Shown here: positions 12,730-28,644 of the stretch, in pieces
Position numbering within the stretch: the stretch's first letter is position 1
Layout: each line of letters opens with the position of its first letter
NCBI RefSeq assembly: GCF_009914755.1
Contig: NC_060925.1
From: the human T2T-CHM13v2.0 reference genome, Homo sapiens
Reading direction: 5' to 3' (one strand)
DNA length: 64,000 nt
Program-made: the position numbers and the translations under genes
The notes under the pieces: generated by a model
Databases searched by the model: none
Told to the model about the DNA's origin: nothing
What the model saw: only the letters and a program-made list of their open reading frames with translations

Positions 12730-12840
12730 ATATGGTTTATTACTCTAAAGTAAATATATGGTTTATAAATATATAGGAACCTCTGATTCCCAGGAAGGTC
12801 TCAGTAGGAACAAAATGGCATTCAAATTAAGTTGAGAAAA

Positions 12841-13260
12841 TTTTTTCCATCACCCAAACTGGAACACAGTGATGCAAACATAGATCACTGCAGCCTCGAA
12901 CTCCTGGGCTCAAGCTATCCTCCCACCTCAGCCTTCTGAGTAGCTGGGACCATGACTGGCTAATGTTTTTAAAGGTTTTCATAGGGACAGTGTGTTACTT
13001 TTTCTTTCTTTTTTTTTCTTTCTTTTAAAAAAAATACGGCCAGGGTCTCGCTATGTTGCCCAGGCTGGTTTCAAGCTCCTGAGCTCAAACAATCATTCTG
13101 CCTCAGCCTTCCAAAGTGCTGGGATTACAGGCATGAGTTATCATGTCCAGCCTCACTATTTTTTTTAGATCTCAGATCTTGAACTCTTGGGTTCAAACAA
13201 ACCTCCCTCCTCCACCTCCCAAGTTGCTGGGATTACAGACATGTGCCACCATGCCTGCCT
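12841..13260 (-). mobile_element. Fragmented old Alu cluster
   Basis: Several reverse AluJ/FLAM-like pieces. Confidence 0.75.
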
Positions 13261-13760
13261 GGAAATTTTAATATAGAGATTATTTTAAAAGATATGGGCA
13301 GAGTGTAGGAAGATCATAGAGATAATGAAACACTCCCAGACTTGTAACCTTTACTATCCATAGACCTAATGAGGCAAGAGAATAAAGCAATTACTAAAGA
13401 GAAAAAGCAAGCACTGCGTAGAGGGCCACCTAACAAGAGCAATGACCTTCAGCTGAGTGACAAAGGCAGGTGCACGATGACTACAAAAGTAGAGATCTGG
13501 GGGAATAAATTATCTAATCTTACTCTCTTCCCACTCTCTGATCCCTTGCTAGTGCTCCCCAAGGGCCAAACCAAATGAAAGTCAGAAGGCAAGGTTGCCA
13601 ACAGATTTTATCCACAGAGGTCAGGCTCCTAGGGCACAGAGCAGAGCAAAGATGATGGAGAGGATATATGGTGAGGCACACAAAAGGGATCCAGTTTGAT
13701 CATGTCACCCTCCCATATAAAATCCTTCATTCTCTATCTTGATTAGAGATAATAGTCCTT

Positions 13761-14056
13761 GGCTGGGCACAGTGGCTTATGCCTGTAATCCCAACACTTT
13801 GGGAAGTTGAGGCGGGCAGATCACTTGAAGTCAGGAGTTCAAGACCAGCCTGGCCAACATGGTGAAACCTCATCTCTACTAAAAATACAAAAATCAGCTG
13901 GGCGTGGTGGTGCGTGACTGTAATCTCAGCTATTTAGGAGGCTGAGGCAGGAGAATCACTTGAACCCAGGAGACAGAGGTTGCAGTGAGGCAAGATCACA
14001 CCACTGCACTCCAGCCTGGGTGACAGAAAGAGACTCTCTCAAAAAAAAAAAAAAAA
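13761..14056 (+). mobile_element. AluS
   Basis: Full dimer with A-tail; flanking ataatagtcc repeat. Confidence 0.92.
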
Positions 14057-15051
14057 GAAGACATAATAGTCCCATATTCCTTAGCATAACATAGAAGGCC
14101 CTTCATGGTCTGAGTCCCTTTGCCTGGGTCAGCAGGATGCCTGTTATTTCAAACCCTCCCATCCAGCACTACCAAACTATGAACTTTCATAACTCCTCCC
14201 TTTGGCATCAGCTCTTGCCTCTGCCAGGCACACAAATCTATACCGTGCCTGACTGATGAGATCCTATTTATCTTTCAAGAGAGCTCAGTGCTCTCATTCT
14301 GTGCAGCCTTCCCTAAATCCCCAAAGCAGAAATGGTCACCCCTGTGTAGCAGCTGCACCTTGTGTATGCTCTGGTGCTGCTCTTTTCTTACTATAGTATC
14401 ATTTTCTTTTTGTCTGTCACCTAACAAATGGTGAGTTCCTAAAAGGAATCATATCATGTTCATCGGACACACTGCCTGATATGAAGCATTGCTAAAGAAG
14501 TATTTGATGAATCGACAGTGGCCTTGCCAGCTGGCACTCTTTGTTTTCTCTCTTCTACCTACATTCTTGTCTTCTGCCAACATGATAAATTACCTCAGCC
14601 TTGCAAACAAACAAGAACAGTCCGCCAACAGCTAATGTTATAAGTAAAGGACAATCCAAGTGGCAATTAGAAGAAATAGAACTATACAGTCCAGTACTTG
14701 CACAGGAGCGAAGTACACTGGTTAAGAGCACTAACTTGAGAATGAGAACTCAACTTGTTAGCTATGAAGTCTTGGCCATGTGACTTAGCCTCTCTAAGCC
14801 TTAGTGTCCTCATCCGGAAAACAGTGGTCATAATAGGGCCTACCTTACTGTGAACATTAATGAGAAAATGCACGGTGTTTGGTCCAAAGTAAGTTAACTA
14901 CTAATAGCTGCAGAATCGGGGACATTTTCTATTCTCTGAATTAAAGAAAGGACTTGAAACTATTGCCAAATCCCATTCCCTGTTGTGTAATCTGGAGGCA
15001 TGGCCTTTGCTCTCCCTGGATTCTCTGGCAGCACTTTCCAGTTAACGATCG

Positions 15052-15608
15052 TTTTTGTTGTTGCTGCTGCTACTGATAAACGGACATGTTTAATGACACA
15101 TTGGTCTTCACAGAGATGACTACAGAGACTTTTAATCTATAATCCAGTAGTATACAACCATGCATCACAGACTAATTAGCCAGATGTAAAATAAACTAGC
15201 TTCTTACCACAACTACCCTATAAACATTGCAACTATTCTTTCCAAAATGACCCTAGTCTTACATGAAAACACCTATTGTGGGGAAACCGGAAACCTAGTT
15301 ATGTGACCAAAACTAAAAATTAAAGGAAAAATTGCAATTCACTGGTGAAAGTTGGTGAAAGCAGAGGAAATTCAGTGCCCTTCACTATGCTACTTTGATG
15401 TTACTTGTGTTCTTTTTGTCCCTCTTCTTCAGCCCATCCATGTTAGTTCTCAGTAGGTTTGAATAAGCCATCCGGAACTTATTCACTTCTTTGGAGCTCA
15501 CCACAATGCTAACCTTCTTTTTCCCATCAGTAGTTCTTAACAGACACCTGTCTGAAGACTCAAAGCCCGCAACAGAACCTTTCACTAGAATGGGTTTGGT
15601 TCAACCTC
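15052..15608 (-). pseudogene. 5'-truncated processed pseudogene of SRP14 (probably SRP14P4; number recalled, not certain)
   Basis: CLLRTTDGKKKVSIVVSSKEVNKFRMAYSNLLRTNMDGLKKRDKK matches SRP14; intronless; ATTAAA on minus strand at 15089-15094 then decayed A-rich tail. Confidence 0.92.
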
Positions 15609-16140
15609 AGTTCTCAAGGAACAAATGGTACCAGGAAAAGTCCGCTGTAAGTGAACCCATTTTAACTGAGAATCAAAACATCATAGTAAATAGTATGGAA
15701 AAAAATTAGGTTTGGTCAAAACTTCAACTTGAGAAATAAAACCAGAAATTATAAAAATAAGTTTGCTTTACTGTTCATTTAACTGAGTTAGATTATAATT
15801 GGAACTATGTACAAATGGGAACTGCCTAATTGTCTGACAACTTATATTACAGCAAGATAAAACATTCCCCACTTTATACAACATTCTTTACTTCCCATAT
15901 GACTTTCAAAGCAAGATTACAAGATTGCCCTTTTTAAAAAAATTCACAGTTTTCATTGATTTTGCCAAGTATTTACATCATTCTATTTGAATTTCCTGTC
16001 TTGTCATTATGTTTGCCAATTCTCTCTATGTTATTCTTGTATTTCTTACATGATTTAACTCTGCAAGATCTAGACTTGCCAATGGCTTAACAGTTCTCCA
16101 GTATTACTTCATCAACTTCAACATTCTTCTTAGTTGCAGG

Positions 16141-16509
16141 TGATATGGTTTGGCTGTGTCCCCACCCAAATCTCATCTTGAATTGTAACTCCTGCAATTC
16201 CCACATGTTGTGGGAGGAACCTGGTGGGAGGTGATTGAATTATGGGGGTGGAGCTTTCCCATGCTGTTCTCATGATGGTGAATGAGTCTCATGAGATCTG
16301 ATGGTTTTAAAAACAAAGGTTTCCCAGCACAAGCTCTCTCTTTGCCCCCTGCCATCCATGTAAGATGTGACTTGCTTCTCCTTGCCTTTGGCCATGATTC
16401 TGAGGCCTCCCCAGCCATGTGAGACTGTAAGCCCATTAAACCTCTTTCTTTTATAAATTGCACAGTTTCAGGTATGTCTTTACCAGCAGTGTGAAAATGG
16501 ACTAATACA
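16141..16509 (+). mobile_element. MaLR solo LTR (MST type)
   Basis: TGATATGG...ACTAATACA with perfect 5-bp TSD GCAGG. Confidence 0.93.
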
Positions 16510-16683
16510 GCAGGATATGTAACTTCTCTTTGCCATTGATTTGCATCGTATGGTCTGCATTATCAGACAATTATCAGAGACTGACCACAAACACATTTGT
16601 GAAATACATTTATGGGAATGATATCCAGAGTAGACTGTACTGTCAAACAGTCCTGTTGGATATGTGTTTGAGGAAAAGTAAAC

Positions 16684-16947
16684 TTTTTTTTTTGAAGACA
16701 GAGTCTTACTGTGTCACCCAGGCTAGAGTGCAGTGGTGCACTGACTGCTCACTGCAGCCTTGACCTCTCGGGCTCAAGCTGGGACTATAGGCATGCACCA
16801 CCATGTCCAGCTAATTTTTTCATTTTTTGTAGAAACAAAGTTTTACCATATTTCCCAGGCTGGTCTCAAACTCCTGACGTCAAGTCATCTACCCATTTCG
16901 GCCTCCCAAAGTGCTAGGATTACAGGCATGAGCAACTGTACCTGGCC
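16684..16947 (-). mobile_element. AluJ-like
   Basis: Reverse Alu. Confidence 0.85.
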
Positions 16948-17402
16948 GAAAATAAACTTTTAAGTGGTCAGTTAATTTGTTCACTCAATAAAACTTATTG
17001 AGCACCTAATATGTTCCAAGCACTATTCTAGACCATGAGGAAATAGAAGCAAATACAAAGAGATAAAATTCTTGACTCCATGAAATTTATAATCCAGTGT
17101 GAGAGGCAGAAAATGAACAATAAAATGTTTTATAGTGATCAGTCTTAAGAAGAACAAGTAAGTTTAAGAGACAAAGGGTGATGGGGGTTAGATAGGATGC
17201 TCAGATAAGACTTCTCCTAAGAAATGACTCTTGAAATGTTTTTATTGGAACTTGCATAAAGTGAGGATGTGACCCACATGAATATGTCATAGAACGGTAT
17301 TGTTTCTGAAAGACAGATCAGTAAGTAGGCCTGAGTCAGGGATGTTAGAACAGTGCTTTCCAATCTTGTTCACACTGTGACACATAGAAGATTATGGTAA
17401 TG

Positions 17403-17529
17403 GGCCAGGCACAGTGACTCATGTCTGTAATCCCAACACTTTGGGAGGCCAAGGTGGGGGGATCACTTGAGCTCAGGCATTCAAGACCAATAGGCAACAT
17501 TGCAAAATCCCATCTCAAAAAAAAAAAAA
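17403..17529 (+). mobile_element. FLAM / Alu left monomer
   Basis: Monomer with A-tail, TSD agaagattatg(g/a)taatg. Confidence 0.85.
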
Positions 17530-17775
17530 GAAGATTATGATAATGAAAGAAGACATATGAATAGCAAATGAGCATATGAAAAAATGCTCAACATCACTGA
17601 TCATTTCAGAAATGCAAATTAAAACTACAGTGAGATATCATCTTATACCAGCCAGAATAGGTATTATTAAAAAGTCAAAAAATAACAGATGGTCAGAACA
17701 TGGAGAAAAGGGACCACTTATAGACTGTTGGTGAGAATGTAAATTAGTAGTACAACCTCTATGTAAAACAGTATG

Positions 17776-18073
<298 letters not shown>

Positions 18074-18541
18074 TGGAGATTTCATAAAGAACTAAAAATA
18101 GAACTACCATTTGATTTTGATCCAGCAATCCCACTACTGGGTATATACCTATAGGAAAATAAATTATTATATCAATGATTTCTGCACTTGTATGTTTATT
18201 GCAGCACTATTCACCAACCTAAGTGTCCATAAATAGATAACTGGATAAAGAAAATGTGGTACCTATATATGTGGGTGTGTATGTATGTGTGTGTGTGTGT
18301 CTACATGTGTATGTCTATATGTGTGTGTGTATAGATACACAGTTCATGGAATACTACTCAGCCATAAAAAAATAAAATCATGTCTTTTGAAGCAACATGG
18401 ATGGAACTGGAGGCCATTATCTTTTTTTTCCCCCACATGTTCTAATGGCGGCCATTGTCTTAAGTGAAACAACTCAGAAACAGAAAGTCAAATACTGCAT
18501 GTCCTCGCTTATAAGTGGGAACTAAATAATGTGTACATATG

Positions 18542-18916
18542 CGTATTTTTCCATTCTCACACTGCAATAAAGAACTGCCTGAGACTGGGTAATTTATAAA
18601 GGAAAGAGGTTTAATTGACTCACAGTTCCACATGGCTCCAGCCAGGGAGGCCTCAGAAAACTTAAAATCATTGCAACAAACACATCCTTCTTCACATGGT
18701 GGCAGGAGAGAGAAGAATGAGAGCTGAGCGAAGGGGGAAGCCCCTTATAAAACCATCAGATCTTGTCAGAACTTACTCACTACTACAAGAATAGCATGGG
18801 GGCAACCGTTCCCATGATTCAATTACCTCCCATTGAGTCCCTCCCACTACATGTGGGTATTTGGAGAACTACAATTCAGGATGAGATTTGGGCGGAGACA
18901 CAGCCAAACCATATCA
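18542..18916 (-). mobile_element. MaLR solo LTR (MST type) within L1MA
   Basis: Ends cagccaaaccatatca; TSD atatg/acatg; L1 sequence resumes on both sides. Confidence 0.9.
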
Positions 18917-19632
18917 ACATGGATATAAAATGTGGAATGATAGACACTGGAGACTTAGAAGGGTGAGGAGTGTCAAAGGGAGGGAGGGTGATGAGAAATT
19001 ACTTAATAGGTACAATGTACCTCATTTGAGTGATGTTTACACTAAAAGCCCAAGACTTCACCACTAACAATATATGCATGCAACAAAATTACACTTGTAT
19101 GCCTTAAATTTATACAAATAAAAAAAGAAAAATGATGATAATGTTTGTATTTCACACTAGGATAAGTTAGAAGGAATGTGGTTATCTATGTGAGCACAGG
19201 AAAAAATGATCTTTTTATATATTAAAATAAAATTAAGCAAAATATCCATATAAAATTTTAGGAAGAATATTAAATACAGAATGTATAACATACTTCCAAA
19301 TAAATATTCACAGTTTTTAATTAAAACTTGAGCTTATTTCTGGAAACATAAGTTTTTCTATCATATTTTACACTTGAAATTATATACTTAATTCTTAAGA
19401 TTTTTTTAACGATGAGCACTTCACATTCGGCAAGTTGGCATGAAAATAATGTAAAACCATTTCATAGTCATTCAAAAATAATCAGAGCACTTGAAATATT
19501 TAAATCCAAGTGTGTTTTTTTCCTTTTTTCTCATTGACAAATGTAACATTTAAAGTTTTTTGTGTTATAAGAATTGATTCAAATCCAGTCAAACTTTTTT
19601 AAAACAAGTAATTTAGAATAAGACAAAGTTTA

Positions 19633-19935
19633 GCCATGAACATTGGCTCGCACCTGTAATCCCAATGCCTTGGGAGGTTAAAGTGGGAGGATTGCTTGAG
19701 GCCAGGAGTTCAAGACCAGTTTGGTCAACATAGCAAGACTCTAACTCTACAAAAAAATTTAAAAATTAGCCAGGTGTGGTGACATCTGCCTGTGGTCCCA
19801 GGTACTCAGGAGGCTGAGGCAGGAGGATCCCTTGAGCTCAGGAGTTCAAGGTCACAGTGAGCTATGATTGCATGACTTCACTCCAGCTTGGGAAATCAGA
19901 GTGAGATTGTGTATCAAAAACTAAAAATGAAAATA
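19633..19935 (+). mobile_element. AluJ-like
   Basis: Diverged Alu dimer. Confidence 0.87.
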
Positions 19936-20065
19936 AATAAGACAACGTTCTAATTAGTAGAAGGGGCTAACTTAGAGCATTCACCCTGCAGGTAGCTTGA
20001 ATACATTAAAAGTGCATCTTGGCCACAATTAACTACTATATGTGAAGATAGAAATTCCAAGCCAC

Positions 20066-21224
<1,159 letters not shown>

Positions 21225-21669
21225 AGACTGAAGTTGCACCTACCAGGAAGCCCTACCTACTCCCTGCCACCTCCAACACCCTACCCACCATCACCACCTT
21301 AGGCACCTATCATAGCAACTTCACCAACAAGTCCACAACCCCTGTCCACAGTGGGGAATGACATGCTCTGTAAATCCTCCTAAAGTAGATGCCTAGGTGG
21401 TTCAGCATCTTTTTGACAAAGCTCAAAGCAACCCAGGGAAGTATCAAATGCAGGACTCACACATCACGCTGCCGCCAAAAGGGGATGATATAGAGCATCC
21501 TGTCCGAAATGCTGCTCTAGGTCCCAGATTGCTGCCCAGGCACTCAGCCCATGGACACACCTTGCCAATCTGAGGGCTGAGGGGATCAATTTCTCCAGCA
21601 CAGTGGGTAGGAAGCTCTGTGTTAGAAGACCTATAAGAAGAAAATGTGACAGAGGAGAAGGAGGAGGGC

Positions 21670-22034
21670 TGTATTAGTCTATGTTCACGCTGGTAATAAA
21701 GACATATCAGATACTGGGTAATTTAGAAAAAAAAAGAAGTTTAATGGACTCACAGTTCTACCTGGCTGGGGAGGCTTCACAATCATGGCAGAAGGCGAAA
21801 GAGGAGCAAAGTCACATCTTACATTTTGGTAGACAAAGAGGGCATGTACAGGGGAACTCCCCTTTATAAAACCATCAGATCTCGTGAGACTTATTCACTA
21901 TCACAAGGACAGCATGAGAAAGACCCACCCCCATGATTCAATTACCTCCCACCGGTCCCACCCACAACACATGAGAATTATGGGAGCTATAATTTAAGAT
22001 GAGATTTGAGTGGGGACACAGCCAAACCATATCA
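21670..22034 (-). mobile_element. MaLR solo LTR (MST type)
   Basis: tgtattagtc...ccaaaccatatca with perfect TSD AGGGC. Confidence 0.93.
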
Positions 22035-24101
22035 AGGGCAAAAGAGTAAAAGGAAATAAATAAAAATAGAAAAGCACTGAATATTTTTGTATTATGATGA
22101 GTTCCTTTTCCTACAGTATTATAACTTTAGAGATTCAGATAATAAATCCCCAGATAAAGAAGTCTCTTTGTGATTATTTTCTACATTTCTTTTAGGTTAT
22201 GCACTCTTCAAAGGCCCGAGTAGAAAGCAGCCTGAGTAAAGCCAGCTCAATAAAGCAGTTCATTGAATTAAGCTTCTCCCAAGTCAACAAGGCTTCTAAA
22301 ACTTTTCCAGCTGGGCCCAGTGGCTCATGCCTGTAATCCTAGCTACTGCGGAGACTGAGGTGGGAGGGTCACTTGAGTCCAGGAGTTCCTTGGCTGCAAT
22401 GTGCAATGATGGCATCACCACACCCCAACCTGGCAGAGATGGGGCAAGCCTAGTTTCAAAAAAAAAAAAAGTCTTCCAGATCAATTTTCAGTGGATTTTG
22501 GGAACAGTCTAATGCCTCCTGCTATGGAACGGGTCTTTCGGGCCTTCAGCAGTTCCAATGCCTGTACCTCTGGAAACAAATAATGAGTCATCAATTCTCC
22601 TAAATCAGTAGGAAAGAAGAGAGGTCAACAGTCAATGTTTATTGAAAGTAATATCCTTACATTCCAAAACTTCTAACCTACTGGGTAGAGAATAAGATGA
22701 AGCTATTATTTTTCCAAACAGGGTCCAACGTAGTTGATCCTCCCACTTCCTACCCCCCTACACACTCAATATTGTCTGTAGTTCAAGAGTTGGAGTGGTC
22801 CACACGGTCTCTGCAACTCTCTGTGAAATGTACCTTTCTCTCTCTGCATCTTGTATGTTCCCAGATACACTTCTTCCCCACTTCTCATGCATCCTTCCCA
22901 AGAAAGGAACCCAATTAATGTAGTCCTGAGCCTCTCCCCATCCCTTTACTTACACTGCTTCTGTGTCTGGGCTTGTGCAGTGATTTTTCTGACTGGTAAA
23001 TTTGCGGAGAATAACACTCCCCACCAACTCTACACTCTTTCTGGTGGAGTGAGCCCGCCCACACAGAGCACACTCTCAGCTCTGCTCCAGGCACAGGATG
23101 AGGAATTTCCTAATTCTGGGGCTTAGTTAGTAAGCCATACATTCCAGCTTCATTTTTATCAGTCATGAAATGAATATTTTTGACTCAATCTTTACTGTTT
23201 GTTTTATCTTACAAATTATCTAGAATCCATGCAAGGAAGATAGGTGTTATTCAGGGAGCAAGTACTCTCAGAGACTCCATTATATACTAATAATATGTCA
23301 CTTAATTGTACCTCTAATTCCTATTTCCTAGCTTTTCCACTGAAATCATAATTCTTTACAACTACATCATCAACATGCCCAATAAAAACTCCCTTACTAT
23401 TGCATTCCCTCCCTTTTATTTGTTGGCTTGCTACTTTGTCAGCTTCCTACCTCAAAGTGCTATCAACATCCATTAGCAAACAACTTCACTCATTCTTCCT
23501 ATACTGTGTCTATGTTGGAAGCAGAGATCACTTGGCAGTAAAGATTGACAGAAGACTATATGGTTCTACCCTAATCCAAGCTCCTCTCATGCAGATGACT
23601 GTAAACAGGTCTTCCCACTTCTAATCTTGCCATCATATCAAATTACACCCATACTTAAAACCTTCCCATTGCACTTCCAACAAAACCCAAGTTCGTTATC
23701 ATGTCCTACAAAGTTCTGCTTCATTTGGCCCTGTCTCATGCCAGTTTCCCCTTCATTTTCTACTCTTCTTCACCTATATTAGCTATCCTTTAATTCATTT
23801 TACATGTCATAGGTTCCTTTTCATCCTTCAGGGCTCACTTTAAAAGTCTCCTCCTTAGAGGGGTCTTCTTTGATGACCTATTTTAAACAGGAACTTTCCC
23901 CATCCCTTTACCCTGCCTTTGTTTGTGAACAATCATTTCATGTATTGGTTTCCTTCACAGTACTTGGCATTATTTGAAATCATCTGTGTGTTCCTTTATT
24001 ATTTACTCTATCCCCCAACTTAACAGTCAGCACTATAAGAACTTGTCTTATTTGTTTACTAAAGGAAGAAGCAGATAAACAAATGAATGAATAATGCATA
24101 C

Positions 24102-24399
<298 letters not shown>

Positions 24400-25401
24400 T
24401 AAATAATATATACTTTTTAAAGCAAAGACATGACTTAGAGTTTCTACATAACTCCTGCAATTAAGATTTTTACTGTGATTCAGAATTCTTAAAATATGTA
24501 TGTGTTCTAAAGAAGCACTCTAAAAGGTTTTTCCTGGAGTAGCATGGTGTCATTATACATTTTCCTCTTTATTTGGCCTCCTGGTGCTCTGACAAATTGC
24601 TAGTATATAACTGACTCTTTAATGAGTATAGATCCTTTTGTAGACTCCATAATGGTTATAAAATGGTCCCAATGTGTGCTGGTCACTGCCTTAGCTTAGT
24701 GGAATCGTTTGTGGAACACTGCTCTGCATAGATAACAGAGATATCAGTAACCAATTGGCCAAAGGCATGAATTCCACCAAAATATGTTTAATGTGTAAGG
24801 CTGGGGTAGAGAATTGAGACATGGTCTCACTCTGTCACCCAGGCTGGAGTGTAGTGGTGTGATCTTGTCTCACCACAACCTCCACCTCCCCGGATCAAGC
24901 AATCCACCCACCTAAGCCTCCCAAAGTGCTGGGATTACAGGCAGGAGCCACCACGCCCGGCCCATAAAGTGTTTTGCAACTGTACATTATTACATTCAAA
25001 TAATTATATATTGAAATTATTTGAATTATTATATTCAAATAATTTATACTTATAAACATATCTTGTTTGGCTGATCTTAGGAGTCTATAACTGTCATTTT
25101 CACTCCTTTATTCCATCCTGGCCCATCCAGGTTTTCTGATCTATTTATTTCCAGCTGCAACTGGGTAGTCTTCCTCGGGATTAGAATATCTTTCCCCTTT
25201 GATTGAGTCCAGTTGATCAAAACAATGAAGTTAGTGGAGAAAACTTCTCAAACTCTTCTTATGTTCAAACTGTCGACAGAAATATGTCACACTTTACTAT
25301 TAGCACTTATGCTGTTACTGTCTGTCACTGCATAACCAGGGATGACACAGGCTTCCTTGCTTTGTTCTCTTAACTGAGCTAGTTTTCTCTCCAATTGCTC
25401 T

Positions 25402-25403
<2 letters not shown>

Positions 25404-25447
<44 letters not shown>

Positions 25448-25465
25448 CAGAGAGAGAGAGAGAGA
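25404..25465. repeat. (TG)n(GA)n compound microsatellite
   Basis: Seen directly. Confidence 0.93.
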
Positions 25466-25651
25466 CATCCTTCCACATTTTCTGTCTTAACTAAATCAGT
25501 AATGGTTGATACTAAATTGTTGCAATTTTCTCTCTCTTCCAGTTTTAGGGCCTCATTTTCTATGCATACAACCCTCGCTTACCTATAGCAAGTTCTGTAA
25601 CCATCTGATAAATGTGCTTCATGAATTTCCATATTCTTATCAAGTGCTTTA

Positions 25652-26021
<370 letters not shown>

Positions 26022-26958
26022 CTATGCTGCCTCTCGCCACTTACTGGGGATCACCGAGAAGAAAGAAAAACATGAGTTCATGCTCACTGATATGCTCACT
26101 GAGCATTTTGAATCCCTGGTTCCCTCTAAAATCCTTTCTTGATGAATCATGTATGCCTGGGTCAGACAGGCTTCTCCCTATCTCCCCAGCCTTGCTTTTC
26201 CCGCTTATAAGTAGGTTCACTACTCTATCATTCCCCCTCCTGCAGGCTTCCTCTCCCCCTCAACTTTCTGAGTCAATGCTGACTGAGGTGGAAAGCACAC
26301 AGCAGTGTAGCTTTAAATATGGCCCATGAACTACTTTCATTAAAACCACCTGGGTGGGTAGTTTCAAATGCAGAGTGCTGAACTTCTGGCCTGTCTATCC
26401 TAAAAACTGTATATTTTAACAAATTTTCCAAATGATACATATAGTTCTTATCATGTACCAGACATTGTTCTAAGCACTTTATATATAACTAATTTAATAC
26501 AACAACCTACGAGGTAAGGATGATTATTATCCTCATTTTACAGATGAGGAAATTGAGGAAAATAAGTTATATAATTTGTCTAAGCTCATAGCTACCATAG
26601 GATGGAACCAGGATTAAAACTGGGGCAGGTCTTCCTTCTGGAGTCCCCACACTTAACCACATATTACACTGCTGCACCCACCTAAAGTTAGAGCATCACA
26701 AACATTACAGATTTCGAGTGCAGGTTACCTGCACACGCTTCTCAAGAAAAACAACAAAGAACATGAAAATAAGGTCATGAATGTAATTCTGAAGAATTTT
26801 TTTTTTAAAGAAAAGGTCACACAGTCCTTCCAAGGATTGTTTTATTTTTTTAGGAGAAGTTACCATTTTCTAACTTCTCTATTTAATATTAACTAGGGGC
26901 TTTAACTTTGTGAAGTTATATCGACTTGTAGATTTATGTCTGATAAAGATGCAAATAG

Positions 26959-27256
26959 GAGAGGTACTGTGGCTCATGTCTGTAATCCTAACACTTTAGG
27001 AGGCCAAGGCAGGAGGATTGCTTGAGCCCAGGAGTTTGAGACCATCCTGGGCAATACAGTGAGACCCCATCTCTACAGAAAATTTAAAAATTGGTAGAGT
27101 GAGGTGGTGCATGTCTGTGGTCCCAGCTACCGGGGGACTAAAATGGGAGGATCACTTGAGCCTGCGAAATTGAGGCTGCAGTGAGCTGTAATCATGTTAC
27201 TGCATTCTGGTCTAGGCAACAGAGCTATACCCTGTCCCAACAACAACAACAAAAAA
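26959..27256 (+). mobile_element. AluJ-like
   Basis: Dimer flanked by aaagatgcaaat TSD. Confidence 0.88.
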
Positions 27257-28644
27257 GATGCAAATGAATTCTCTCCAGTAAAAGACATTATTCCAAAGGT
27301 TACAGTTTACTGCCGGGTAAGGCATTAGTCAGCTTTGTTTCTAATTTAGAAAATTTATTCTAACATTTGTTTATTTAATTATCTATAAATACCCTTAAAA
27401 CCAGCTTTATTGTAGTTTTCCCCTGACTAATAAAATTATTAAATCTTTGACATGTGCTCGTTCTACGTTTGCAAAAAAAGTTATGATTTTAGTTTGCAAA
27501 AAAAGTTATGAAAATTACACTTTTACACTCCAGACATGGGTAAACCATTTACAAGAATTCTTCTGACATAGTATTTTTCACAGTCAATTAAGTCTGGGGA
27601 GAAGTGCTTACTTGGTGCCAACTACTGCTCCAAAATAACTAGCAGCATGATGCCAACGAAAGGGCGTGGACTGAAGCTAAATGGGTCTATTTCCTTTTTT
27701 TTTTTTTTTTTTTTAGACAAGGTCATGCTCTGTCTCCCAGGCTGGAGTGCAGTGGTGTGATCATAGCACACTGCGCACACTGCAGCCTCTGACTCCTGGG
27801 CTCAAGGGATCCTCCCGCCTCAGCCTCTGAGTAGCTGGGATAATAGGTGCAAGCCACCATGCCCAGCTGTCCTCCAAAGTCTATGTGGTACTTCCTTAAA
27901 TTTTTAGCTGGTACTCACCCCTCCCCTGAACACTGATGCAGAAAGTTGCTCAAATCAGTCTCACGTGAAAGTAAAACATTTTCTGATGGCTGGAGGACCA
28001 CAGCACAGGGGCAAATTTCCTGATAGAAGTCACCTGCCTACTTGAGTCCCAAGGACTAAAATGTCACTCAACTTCTTCAAGGCTGATTTCCATCAGTGAA
28101 TTGAATGTTCCAGTGCCAGCCACTGCCTCAGTTGAAGGTAAGCTTGCCACCCATGTACTGTGACTCAAATATCAGCCTCTGTAATTAAGAGTTCTCCAGG
28201 GTCTCCTTTGTTTTTTGCTTTTTGATCTTTTTTCTTCTTGTGGAGACAGCATCTCCATATGTTGCCCAAGCTGGTCTCAGACTCCTGGGCCCAAGCCATC
28301 CTCCCTCCTCTGCCTTTCTGAGTGCTGGGATTACAGGCATGAGCCACCATACCTGGCAGAGTCTGCTTTGAACTTGAGTCCACATACCAATTTTGTTCTC
28401 TCTGCATATGTTTCCTACCACTACGGATACTTAATGCCTTCTCCTTAAGTTACAGGTTAAGATCAACATTTACTCAGTTTGACTCTTCCAGAGAAATAAT
28501 TTGCATTTGTAACTACAAATATTTATCCATGGTCACAATTAGAATCTCCCCTATCTAAAGGTATATTTTTTTTCTGAGAGAAGATTTTAAAATATGAAAT
28601 TGATTTAAATGTAAGAAGGTATTATTACTATTAATTAAGAACCT

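Noticed and set aside
25060-25640. Possible decayed coding or transposase remnant on the minus strand
   Set aside because: No sustained frame or motif I could confirm; needs a translated HMM or Dfam search.
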